From positions 31,672,773 to 31,736,772 of the forward strand of contig OZ037766.1 of the NCBI GenBank assembly GCA_964035545.1: DNA of 64,000 nt, given 5' to 3'. A program made the position numbers and the translations under genes. A model generated the notes under the pieces. It made no database searches. It worked only from the letters and a program-made list of their open reading frames with translations, and was not told the origin of the DNA. Of the stretch, positions 23,936 to 37,603 are shown piece by piece. Each line of letters begins with the position of its first letter. Position 1 is the stretch's first letter. This DNA comes from Bugula neritina. Its lineage: Eukaryota > Animalia > Bryozoa.

Positions 23936-25462
23936 AGCTTTGCTGTGTAACCTTAGTATTACATTATCACAAATGTGTTTACAGCATGCTTGTCTCATGA
24001 CTCTGTACCAATTTATTCCGACATGTTTTGGCTGCCTGTCATTGAATTTCATCATTCAAAAAATTATTTCTAATTTTAATTTGCAACTGTTTAGTGTCTT
24101 AGTTTGGTGAGTTTTTACTGTGTTGCAAAAACTTCAAATTTGTTTTGTTCCAATAATACCTTCAATACGAGCTCCCAATCTATTTATATCTGCATTTTTT
24201 TACTGCTTCACCACTACCTCTATGCTAACAATGTATCAGCAACTGATGCTTAACACTCATATATTTCTAGACACATTTACACTGTAACTGGAGAAATTTG
24301 CTATAATATTGCTGTTGCTGCCATGATGATGATATACTCCATATGTATGATCCATTGGCAAGCAGCAGTAGAAAAGAAAGAATATAAATGTAGAGTGGGA
24401 AACTCTCACTGCTTGTATCAATGTTTGTCTTCCTTTACAATATTATTTATAAACATATATTATAGCATACTATCAACACAAGGGCTTTGTATGAGTGCAA
24501 ACTAGGGTTCTGCTACTTAATACACAGCAGGTACTAAAACCTTATGCTCTACCATCATATTATTGTTACTGTAACTTTTTATTTGTTAGCTTTCGGAGCA
24601 GATGTTTTGGGGAAATGCCAGCTGATGTATTCCCTAAGAGTTAGAATTAGAGTAGCACATTACATACACTGGTGACTGTTTACTTATGATCTGTTAAACG
24701 TGTGTACCACCACCTTAATGCTTTGGCTTTGATGTTATGTTTTTAGAATAGTCTTTCATAATCATCAATTTGGGAAAAGTAAGCACAGTTTTGCAGTGCA
24801 GTGCAGGAGAGAGCAATTATTTCTTGTTGTCATTATTATCTTCTTTATTATTCTTTATTCAGTGTTAGCAAACCAAAAATACTCAGCAAACTTTTTACCT
24901 GTCTAGCCAAGTAACTGCTCACCTCTTATTACGCAATAACAAAGCTTCTCAATAATTAACTACTTTTAATTCAATTTACAACCAATAAAAATCTCATTAT
25001 TGGTAACATGCAGTTTTCGATGTTGGATGCATTTTTCATACAATTGTTGATTATTGTTTTGAATACTTTTAAAGTGTAGCATTGTCCTACAAATCTAATT
25101 CTAAATTGCTTCATTTATTGACATTAGAGAATAGTGATAGTCCGAATAGAAGACCAACAGTAGCTGCGCGTGCACGACTTGATTTCGTAAGTACAGTCAA
25201 CCTCTAAACCTCATCAACATTACAGTCAAAGTCTCAAACTCAACACCTGACACTACCAGCATAGCATTGACTTTAGCATGTGATTCAGTCAGTCCCCAGC
25301 ATGTTTTCCATTTTACAACGCAGCTGATAATAGCAACGTACACATAGACACAAGTTTTGTCACCACTTCTCTTTACCAAATCTAGTGCACGTCTGAATGA
25401 TAAAACTTCATGTACTAACATCTGGGGAAATAATCACAGAGCAGAAATTCAACTCACTAAAG

Positions 25463-28400
25463 ATGAAGGTGCTTTATCTCTGCACTGGTAAGTTCTGTTA
25501 ACTTATAGAAATAATATGAATAAATGGAAGGATAAAGCTCAAATATACATGTTTTAGTTCGTTTAGTGGTTTGGTAAGCTACATTGACTGAGCTTTGCTT
25601 GCTGATGACTAAAGTTACAGAGGGTTCCCACTAACATATACTGTTTCCCCAACACTTGTTATACTGAGATTTTTCTTCTGAGTTTGTCTAAAAGTTGTTT
25701 TCATTTTATCGCCAACTGAGTGGAACAACTTCTGCTTCAATTTATGGCGCTTACTTTTACTGTAACTGCAACTGTATAGCTGTACTTGCAACCATAACCA
25801 TACTGTTTTAACCACTGAACTGAAACTATAAGGATTATAGTTCAATGGTTTTAACCGATTTTAGATAAAAATGGCACAGGTAATAATGGCACAAATGGAT
25901 AAGTAGGTAATAATGGCATACTGATGTTAAATTTTTCCAAACTCCAAATTCAGCCGTCCCACTTGAAATTTAAACTTTTCATCCGAACACTAATATTGAA
26001 AAGTGCTAATTTCAATTACTTTGCCACTTGTGTCATTTTTACCATTGCAAGATAATGGTCCCCAAAGTATAACCAATAAGTGTACATAAAAGCAACTTAA
26101 ACTGAAATTTCATAATTAATGCCTTTATAATGCTTAACCATATACTTGCAATAAGTCCATTTATTAGATGCATGTGTGACTTGGTTTGTAGTAATAGTGG
26201 GAGGAGTGAGGGAGGGAGTCCAGTTGGGTGACCACAAGTTGGTTTCAAAATATATTAGCCACATTTTCAAATAGCCCAGCCTTCACGTACCACATGGGCA
26301 TGCCTTGAGTGGCAGTGGCAGATGTGAAATCGCCAAATACTCTACCTAATTGCTGGTTTTGTTGTGATTAATTCGACCAACAACAGGAGTTGAAGTGTAA
26401 AGTGTTCAAACATGCTTTTAGTTTGACTGTGTGCTAAAAACTTTTATTGGATTTTTTTAACCAATGAATGTCATTTAAAGATGAGTTAAAGCATAAATCA
26501 GAGCTTTGGTTGTGTGGGGAAACTACAATGACTCATTTGTTACTTTAGGAGACAAGTTCAATCATAGCTAGCTTTATTATGAACATATTTGGTTAGTTTT
26601 AATAAAATATGGTTGAATATTTTCTTGGTCTCTTGTAGTTTCTCCCCCCCCCCCCCCCCAAGAGTCAATATTTAAATAAAGTTAACAACTATCTCGGCTG
26701 AATGGTCGGAAAATATATAAGGCTTTTTATTAAATTTATCTAAAATTTGTAGCCTAATGTTTCATGTTTTTGTAAATTAAAACCGAACACATAATAGCAG
26801 TTAGAAAAGCTTGTAATGCTATTTCTAAGTAGCTATTGAGTCAAGTATATAGTATTTAGTAAAACAAACTGGATTACTTCCGCATTGATACATAATGAAA
26901 ACATGCTTTCGAACAGATTTGAAGCAATGTCTTTTAATTACTTGAGTAAATGCGTACATTGTAGTTGAAGTATCACAGGAAATCTATTGTAGGTATATAA
27001 TTTATCCAGCTAAATTTAAAATAAATATGTGCTGAGAAACGGGTGTTGCATGCTTCAAGTCATCTTCAAGCATTTTAAATTCAAACGAGTCACAAACAGT
27101 GAAATTTAGTAAATATTTTAATTTATAGCACTAGCAAATGGCACCTAGCAATTGGCAAATAGCAATTAGTAACTAAAAGCTAGCAACTGGCAATTAGCAA
27201 TTGGCAACTGGCAACTAGCAGCTAGCAACTAGCAATTAACTAACAACTAGCAACTTGCAACTAGCAATTGGCAATTGGCAAACCGAAAAGCTTTCCTATA
27301 CACAAGTATCTTTACTCACTGCAAAAAACTAGAGATCATTTGTGTTGCTGTTACCCAGTTACCTAGCTGTGTATTTTAATATAACTAATGATAATATAAT
27401 TATCCAGTATTGCCTGTTACAAGAGGAAGTTTTAGCTAGAGTTAGAGCAAAGGTGGTGCAAAAAGTGACCAGTGTCAAACAGGTTCTATTATGCTGCCAG
27501 CCATTCGGTTTCTTGAATTAGGCTTGTTTATCTACGTTTTCTTATATTCATTTTAAAGCAAAGAAAATGCAGAGTTGAAAAATAAAAAACAGTGCGTGAT
27601 GCCAAGACCCTATGGCCTAATGCAAACATCACATAACTTCTTGTCATATGACTGGCTACAAAGGTTTATGGAAATACTATTGGTTTACATCCAAAACTTA
27701 TATATATCGGGTTTAGAAATGCTACAATGTACTTTATTTAAAGCTGCACTCAATACCTCATAACAATCACCCAACTTACTTATCAATTAATCAATCTATT
27801 AATAAATATTTGAAAAGCTATAATATCAACAAAATTCAGAAACTGTCATTAAGTCTTTGCCAAAGTTATTTAAACAACCAGACTTGATGGGTTGAATAAC
27901 CTAAGTGTGCTGGAATAATATTTATTGTTTCAAATTATTCTGAGTTTAGAGGTACTGTTATAAACACTTCACATGATGTTAGGAATACCATTCTCTAAGA
28001 TAACAACATAAAATACACCTGGCTGTTGGTACAAACTGTATATAGCTATAGGCACAAGTCTATAAAATGTCTAAATAAATTGCTTGAACTAAATGAAGTA
28101 CCAGCTAAGCTTTCTATAGACAAGTATGCTAAATACTTCAGCTATTTGAAGCTTTTACTTACAGTAATTTAACTTCACTTAATAAAATATTAACTATGAG
28201 AATTTTACAACATAAATAGAAGTTTTTCAATCATATTTTATGCATTTCAACTGGTTTTTGAGAAATAGGCTGGGAAATTGTCGTACACTACGATTAGTGA
28301 TAATTGCTTCCCATTAAGTGAGATGCTTTTCTATTAGCTACTCTCTATAAGAAATTGTATTAATTACTACTCTTATGTTGATTGGTTGTAGTTTATGTAA

Positions 28401-31400
28401 TCCTCACTCTGATTGGCTGCTATGAAGCTGTGAGGATAGTGAGGATAAAACTACCCTCCATGAAGTCACAATCTACTAATATAACCACATCCTGGGATCT
28501 ACCAGTTGGGTCTACAATAACGGTGGAGTGTGAGAAATCTTCACAGACCTTGACCTATGAGACTCACCGATGGGCTGAGGTAGCAACCAATCACACCATC
28601 TGACTTCATGCAAATTTGATTTTAAGCCCTTTTGTTAATTGGCAAGCTCTAACTCACACGGGTTCTTTCTTATTGGATAACGGATGTGTAATATACATTT
28701 TCATCAACACAGCTCTTTGAAATATAAATAAAATAAAATAGGGCATTTAGTTTTTCTTTGTTTTGGCTCCTTTTTCTTGACTTTAAAATGTTGACTAATA
28801 AAAGGCTGTCTTCTTCTTTGTGATGAACAAAAAATATAGATAGTAAATGAAGTTGCCCCCTTTTGAATGACGCTAATTCAGGACTAAACCCTCAAAGCTA
28901 TTGTAGCTCATAAAAAGCCAATATTTTTGCAAAAGGAATTATTCTATAAGCAGCAATAGTAGTTGGGGATAAAATGTGATTTTAGTTTAGGGGTTTTAAG
29001 TTTGGGGAAAGGTAGGTGTAGTAATGGAGAAACAAAGAAAAGTCTGCATTCTAAAACACCCTGAAACAAAGTTGATTGAAGAAATTTATTCATTACTGCA
29101 TCTGAAAACGGTTTTTTATCTGTTGGCCAATAGAATCCCAGTATTTTAAAGTAATATTTTTACTTTTAAACAGCACAATCCTAGATGCTATTCCTACAGT
29201 AGGCAATAATTAAACCAAACATTTTGTTAGAAAATTATTATTATTAAATCTTTGTTTCCTACATTTTAGAATGAAAGGTTTAGTGGTGGTCGGTTTGTGC
29301 ACAACTCATCTGCTAATGTGTGGACGCTGAGTGATTTGCAATCAAGTGACACAGGATGGCTAGTGTGCTTCAACAATGGCAGCATTGACAGTGGCAGCAA
29401 TAATGGAAACACTACAGTTGAACTTGCTGACGTGGACAGCACCCAAAATTCATCTCTGTATATCTTTGTAAATAGCCGTAAGTAAACTTCAGAGTCATTA
29501 GCGTCTACTTTACTACTTGCTACCAGTTGATTGCAAACATACTAACAATTTTTTCATATTTCATTATCAACGTGACTTCTGTATTTCTAACTTCATCAGC
29601 TATGTTGATGAAATTTGTTTAGAAGATTTTACTAAACTCCTGGAAAAACTAAATGAACTAAATGAACCTGTGCTCTGTCTAGGCATCACTAAAATTTAAA
29701 TTGAAATCTTAAACCAGTAGAAATACAACAGCGTGCTGATTAATGATGGCTGTCTTTGATATTTTGCAGCTGACTCATTAGATATGTTTGTCCCTCTAAA
29801 GTACTTGCTATTCTACAAGTTGTTTTTTGGTGCATATTTTCCTTGCCTACCTACTAACTCGAGCACTGAAGTTACACTCATACTTGGTCCAGACCAGACT
29901 GACCAGCTAACAGAACTAGTCAAGGTGAAACATTTACCATTATTCACATGTTTGTTGTTCTGGCTACATGTTACTTTACCACTAAAGTGATTTGTTTATA
30001 CCAACATATTACGTATAACTGTTCTAGTAATAATATGTATCACTATCTCATCTGCTGTTTGAAAATAGATTACTAGTATTCATTATTTAAAATATCTAAT
30101 TTTATTTCAATTTGGTACTCTACTGTGTTACTGTAGTCAATTCATAATAGATTGCATTACTAATGACAGTTATCATAACTGAGTATATGGAAGGTGAGCT
30201 AATCATGTTATTGCATAATAACAATATGTCTCATACAGTCTGACCTGTATAACATACAAGTTTTAATATACAGGGTGTAGACTACATCTTTGACAACCGA
30301 GAAGGGGTAAAGCTGCTTCAAATACCTTCCGATAATTCATTTTACACGTGTCAGTATATAAATGGAGGGGATACAGTGTCAGAAAACTACTTCCTCTATA
30401 TCGTAGATTTAGGTAGGTTTTTGAAAAGCTTTCCTGTAATAATTGTTTATTGAATACAATGTTTAGCAAAAATTAACATTTTTCCAATTTAGAAATGACA
30501 TTTCACATTATTTAAAGTAATTTTCATGAATCATTTTTATGTTACTTCAACTCAAGTGTGGTTTGCTACCATCATGTTACATATTTGTTAGCTGCACTAC
30601 CACACCCAATACTAAGTCCCACAACTCAACGAACTCACTATTTGGTTGGTGAAGACCTCACTATAGTGTGTTACATCCTGTTTGATGACATTGAATCTGT
30701 TGTGTACAAATATCCGGCATCCAACTGCTCCTATGATGTCATTGATGATCTCGGCTGTGATAAGGTAGGAAAGGAATGTGTCTAAAATTGTTACTAAACA
30801 ATTATCCTATTTCAAATATAAAAATAGTTCATCAGATATCAATTTACCATTCACTAAATAGTCAATTGAAATTTCAATTTTTTTTTATAACAAAAATTAA
30901 GAATTTTACACTTTTTTAAACGTGCCTGTAATTTTTTTAGCTAGTGCATTTACACTTGTTTTAACAATTTGTCATTTTCCATTAGATAGTTCAACATGCA
31001 TAAATATAGTTAAATGCCTAAAACTTTTTAGCCATGGAAATGCTTTAAACACATGATAGTACACATTTACTCTATATTTGTCAAGTTGAAGACCAAAGGG
31101 CGAATCACAATGACGCCATTGACTAAAGTCTCTCCAACCAATGTGACGTCTAGCATCACAATCCGAGACCTCCAACTCAATGACAGTGGGCTGTATACGT
31201 GTTCATATAAGATATATCAAGATACAGCGTACAGAAGGCAAGACGCCCTGGAAATACATGTAGTAGGTAAGCTTGCAGGGGGAAATTGCCATGAAATGAA
31301 GTGCTGATTTCGTTGAAACCTAAAGATACTGTAAAATCTTTTAGGATGTAAAATATAAAGCTGATTTAGCTAAATATTATTACTGAACCTACAAAGTGTA

Positions 31401-34400
31401 AGTTCTCTGTAGTGAACATTATTTAATTAGCAAAATTGCTATCAGAATTACTTAAAATGCCAAAAACATGCACCATTTTTATTTCTTTTCAATTTTTAGA
31501 TTTTAACAGTCTGAACTGCACATTTTTTTAGATTTTCTTACAATAGGCTTTTTTATTACTTGTTAAATGTTAAAAATGTGTTGTTTTTATATTGCATCAT
31601 CTTGATTTCTATTGTGTAAAGACCTTGTGCACTTTGTGTAAGAAACATAGTCGTAGCCTGCTTTATCTAACAGACAGACAGCTAATAAGTTTAGCTACAG
31701 TGGAGACAACTCTAGTTGGAGTTAACTCAGATGAGTCTCTCACTCTCACAGCTAAAGTTGAATCTTTGAGACGACCAAACATCAGGTGGAGTTTTAGATC
31801 TGGGGATTTACAAGCTGATGGCAAATATAACATGTGAGTAGGGAGTATTCATGTAACGTTGAGTAATTACATAAATCAAAAAGTCATTAGTGGCAGGATG
31901 AGTCAAAACCGCTGAATACGCTACAAGCCAATAAAATGTAGAAAAAGAAAACCCACTTGGAATTGGAGATTTAAATTGATCATTTATTGCATGTTGAAGA
32001 GATTTAACTAACTTGGTTTCCTGCAAAAAATAGGATTTTGTGCCATTATAAAAGACTAATGTACTTAAACTATATGAGAGGTATATACTGCATAGTTATA
32101 GTCTTTCAATGTGTAGCAACGTGTTATTTTTAAACATATGTAGTAAACAATGTGATTGAGTGTTGCTGTATTTATACTCCACAATATTGCACCAACAGTC
32201 ATAGTCTTCCTAACAGCGTGTCTGTCTGTAACATTCTTCTAGATTAAAACTTATTAGGATGATAATTTAGCTTACTTGCCAATTTACTTTTACTAGTTTA
32301 GCTTTTAATGACTCCATCTTGGATTTTTAATCGTTTCCAAGAACTGAAACTATAGTTATGATATTGTACAAATTACTACTCATTCTTATGTAATTTTTTC
32401 TAGTAGCCAAACTTCGCTTAACTATTTTTAGGTCTACCAAACAAGCAGACGACACATGGTTTGATGCGAAGCTAGTCATATATAACCCTAGCGTTACGGA
32501 TCAAGGGGCGTACCATTTGACAGCCTCTTTGGGCTCAGAAGACCTTAGTCTAGATTTTTTTGTTCAAGTAAACAGTAAGTGATCTTATTCAATAATTTGT
32601 TTAATTTTTCAAATGATATATAGGAATATTTCGGAACTAATATAAAATAGTTTTATTTTCACAATGTTCTCTCCAAGCCTATAATGTTTTATTTGTACAT
32701 TTTTTTTCATCTTATGTCAAATATGCTGTATTTTAAGTAAAGTTTTAATCAACGAAAAGTATTAGCAAAGTATAAACAACATAAGTAACTTGAATGGTAT
32801 AATTGCTCTTCCAGTTGCTCCTAAACTTAGCTTGCTCTACTCTTACCACAACCACACCATCCCTGTGAGTTCCTCAGGCCAGACGGTGTACTTTCAACCT
32901 AGTCAAGTTCTTACCACAACATGTGAATCTACTGAGGGCTCACCCCAGCCAGACATTACTTGGTACTGGCAGGATTGTAACTACCGGACACTCTGCGCTA
33001 TAAATGAAAGCTTATGGAGTTTATTACCAAGTGAGCTTGGGTAAGCTGAATATGAGATACGAGTTCTTGCAATTTCAAGTTTTTATTAGAGATCAGATAT
33101 ATGCGAGGCATAGTTTAGTAATGAAGTGCTCACACACTAAACTCGTGCTTTTACTGACAGAAAACTTTGTGTACAGTTTCCTCACTATTTACCAAAAACT
33201 AGCAAGCTATCTCAAAGAGGTGAGGCTGCAACTTCTCCCACTTTTATCAAAAGAAGTGTTTACTCTCAGTCTACAAATATTTCAGGGAAACTTTGAATAC
33301 TCACAAGAATCAGCCATACATTCATAGCGTGACTGAAAACAGCAAGATTCTGAGGCTAACCACACAAAAGTCAGGGTGGTTGAAATGCGCTGGTAGCAAT
33401 ATTGTGAGCCAAGTCAACCGTGTCCTACGAGTGGGCATATCAGGTAATACTGTCCTGCCACCATTTTGGTTATGCTTGTGAGAAAACTTCGTAACCAAAC
33501 AAAACAATGTTTCTTCATTGCTGAAGCTTTTTGCTTTCCTGAATTTTATGAGTAAACTATTTTTTCATTTCTAAAATAAAGAATATTTTTAGAGTTTACA
33601 ACTTTCAGTAAATAATGTTTCATAGGCATGACAAAATTTCCAGTTCATTGCTTGCAGATCTGCCAGAAGAGTTCAGTGGCGTGGGGTTTCCTGTTACAAC
33701 AACTAAGCAAGCATCTCAACTAGTGGAAAATGACGTGATTGTCTTACCTTGTTTTGTGTCAAAATTCTCTTGCACTAAAAATAAGATTCAGATAATCAGG
33801 TCAAGTGATGAAGTGTATACTAAGAGCTCCCCTAATATTCTTCACTGGGATTCGTAAGTGTGCCCATGAAAGTACATGGTGTTAGTATGTCAGATTCTTT
33901 GAGGCTTTGCAATGTGTCATTTGAGCATCCCTGCAAGAAATGTCTGCCCTTTTGCTTAATGTTATGTGACCTTTTAAATATAAGTGAAAGAAATTGCTGC
34001 ACTATTACTATGACTGACTTTTATTATGGAGTAAAATAGATGTATTCTAAATCAGTTGTTGCTGCACTTTTTGCATACATACAATGTTTGATCAAGTTTG
34101 AGATATCAAAGTTCAACAAACAGAAGTTGACTTTGGTTGTCTGGTCTGAGAGCGGTTTGAACTAAAAATAAACTGATATAGAGTTCAGACCTAAAGACCC
34201 AGACTAGCACAAAATATATCCTTTATATACATGTAGCTGGGTGCAGTCTATTCCCTAAAACATGAGTGTAAATGAAATACTTTTCAACCATATCGCTGTT
34301 ATTCTACCAATACTCTGTTGATGTCTGCATGTATTTGTAATAGCGTGAATATATTTACAGCAAAGATGAGGTGTACAAACTTAGCATAGCTCTCAATGTC

Positions 34401-37400
34401 ACTCTGGATATGAATGGGTATAAATACGCCTGCAGGTGTAAAGGTGGTAGACAAGGGCCGATAGTAACCTTAAATGTTCAGAGTAAGTCTCCAACTAATT
34501 TATGCATTCACCCAGTTTCTATCTAGCCAGTTTATTATAGATTGTTGTACATTTATTCTTCTAAAGTAGCTGAATAAAACAAACTATGTAAGGAGTTCTA
34601 GCAGTTGTATAGGTTGTTTTAAGTTGCACCAGCTTATGAACTGGTGATTTTACTAACACTGTGTTGTCTTGGAATCTATTTGAAAATTTATAAGTGAAGT
34701 ACAAAGCATAGTAGCCCAGTAATGTATGTAGACACTTGGAAGATACTTTAGACTAAGGATAATTTGCTTACTTCTGTTTGTAGAGTTTGTATATCCATAC
34801 TGGCAGAAACATCTCAACAGCATCGTTGAGATAGTCAGCGGTCAAACATATGCAATGATTTGTCGGGCGGGTGGCACACCACTCCCTACTATTACATGGT
34901 ACAGGGATGGAAAGCTCCTCAAAGAAACTGGCACAACTCTAATCTCCAAAGACAAACAAAAGTAAGTCTCCATAACTGACTCTGTTTGTGGGATGATGGG
35001 TAAAGTTATTAGATGCTGTCGATTTAATTACCTCTGAGCAGCTGTGACTCAAACATGCTTAGTGAGATGAGCTTCCGTAAGAAATCAGGTTTTGTTATGA
35101 AATAATTATGCTGTTTAAATAACTGCTTTTCAACGGTACTTCATGAACTGCTTTTGTAACTGCTTTCCCTATCAGTTTCTCTAATGTAAAGGACTGTATG
35201 AACTCTATGAATGTTACAGTCTCACTCTAATAAGAGTGACGTCTGCAGATTCAGGAGAATACTGGTGTAGAGCAGAAGTCTCTGGTAGATCTGATGGATA
35301 CGTTCAGAGTTCTTCAACTCTCATTGTCACAGGTGATTGTAGTCATGACACTCTTGCACAGGTGATTGTAGTCATAACACTCTTGCACAGGTGATTGTAG
35401 TCATGACACTCTTGCACAGGTGATTGTAGTCATGACACTCTTGCACAGGTGATTGTAGTCATAACACTCTTGCACAGGTGATTGTAATCATGACACTCTT
35501 GCACAGGTGATTGTAGTCATAACACTGTTGCACAGGTGATTGTAATCATGACACTCTTGCACAGGTGATTGTAGTCATAATATTTTTTTGTATCTTGTTG
35601 CTTTTAAGTCTTTGAAACCCTGTATTGATGTTTATTAAAAAACATAAGCAAGAATGTAGTAGTAGAATAATTTAACAAGCTGTATCTGTAACTCCGAATT
35701 ATTTATATTCTAAAAAACATTTTGAGGCGAATTAAACGTTTTAAGTATTTTTTTGCTGAAGAAAAGCAAGTTTAATGATTGTGCAACAATTCTTATTTTA
35801 GACGAAAGCAAATTTTCAAAGCTATCAGACCAAGTACCTCTCATTATTGTAATAATCCTTGTCGCCTGCCTGACAGCTTTCATTGTCAGTTTCTGCATTG
35901 TACGAAAATACTGCCGAAGAAAGTACGTGGTATGTGGCACTCATATAATCTGTAATAGCAAAATGCGGGTGTAAATATTTACTATGACCTAATCAGTGTA
36001 CCTCCTGCATTACCACTCAGTTACGTAAGAATGTTGCCATCTAATTCTTGTGTAATAAAGAATGTGATGAAGGTATGCTGAACGTGTCATAGGAATTCCA
36101 GATCTAGCCTGTGATCTTGAATATTACTAAAATTATGAGCAGAAAATAGTTTTTTTTTCACTAGCCCAAGATTAATAATGATCCTCAGCTATTTTTCGTT
36201 GAATCATAGAAGGTTTACTGTTTATGGGTATCTTTAGGACGTAATATTTTGTTGGGTTAAATAACAAACAACCAAGTGGTTAGTTGAATTTTGAGTTAGG
36301 TTGATTTGTTTAATAATTATCCTATTGCTAGAGAAAAAATCAGCTAAAGATCCACAACCTATAAATTTATTTTAGTGAAGTTATTCTAAAATCATTTTAG
36401 CCACACATCCTTTTATTACCGTCAAAAGAAAGTATCAACCCGGATTTGCCTCTGGACGAACAGACAGATGCTCTGCCGTATGACAGGAAATGGGAGTTTC
36501 CTGTTAGAGATTTGACTCTGGGACCGTTGCTAGGTCAAGGAGCATTTGGTAGGGTCTTGAAAGCTGAAGCTAAGAACATTGAGAGAAGACGATTTGTATC
36601 AACAGTTGCAGTCAAAACTGTGAAAGGTGGGCACGCTGACAAAAATTAGCCGTAGTTCTTTACTTCTTCCTGCTACAGTAGGGACATGTATGCATACTTT
36701 CTCAATAGGTGTTACTACTGATTTCTCAGCCACTGCTAGTTCCTATGTGGTCAAGTTGTCTTTAGTTTTAACTAGGAATCTGTTTACTCGCCTCAGCTGC
36801 ATTACTTTTCCGAATCTATAAAACTAAAACATTGAAGTTTACTCTAGTCTTGCTAATTTTATGCTGCCACCTTGCAATATTATTTCTATGAATTATGCAG
36901 ATGCTCAAGATGCAAAGCAAATGAAGTCATTGATCAGTGAGCTGAAGATTCTCATACATATTGGTCAACATCTGAACATAGTAAACCTGTTAGGTGCCTG
37001 CACTAAGGATATGAATAAAGGTAAATATGCACTAGATAAGGATATGAATAAAGGTAAGTATATACTAGATAAGGATATGAATAGAGGTAAGTATGCACTA
37101 GATATGAATATGAATAAAGGTAAATATGCACTAGATATGGGCACAGAACTACTTTGCTTAGTATAAATACCTGTCGTCAGCATGGTGATTGATTATTAGC
37201 TCGCTATGTTTTCACCTGCTGTCAGTTGCATCTCCTAGTGCAAGTTCTAGCTATATACTAATTATAGCTTGAAACTGTCTCTTGGTGTTGTAGGACAACT
37301 TCTAGTCATAGTGGAATACTGTGAGTATGGAAATTTGAGGTCTTACTTGTTAGAGAACAAAAGTAGATTTGTCTCCTCTCTGCAATCATCTGAAGCAAAA

Positions 37401-37571
37401 TTTAAAAGATCTGTGATACAAACATCAGGTACCTAATATTGTTGTAAACATGAAAGACACGAGAGAACTATTTAATTTATTTTCCCGTTAAGAAAATTTA
37501 CACAGTCTAGTTCTGTGCGTGTGTGTGTGCGTGCGTGTGTGTGTGTGCGTGCGTGTGTGTGTGTGTGCGTG

Positions 37572-37603
<32 letters not shown>

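Noticed and set aside
35328-35579. Regular short repeats (also 48815-49337 and 1607-1932) resembling CRISPR arrays
   Set aside because: Units are contiguous with no unique spacers, the context is spliceosomal introns, and there are no cas genes.
36332-36364. Possible mini-exon after the gene C TM exon ([10 protein letters not shown])
   Set aside because: Would give a kinase-less isoform, but it has no counterpart in gene D and no support beyond an AG.
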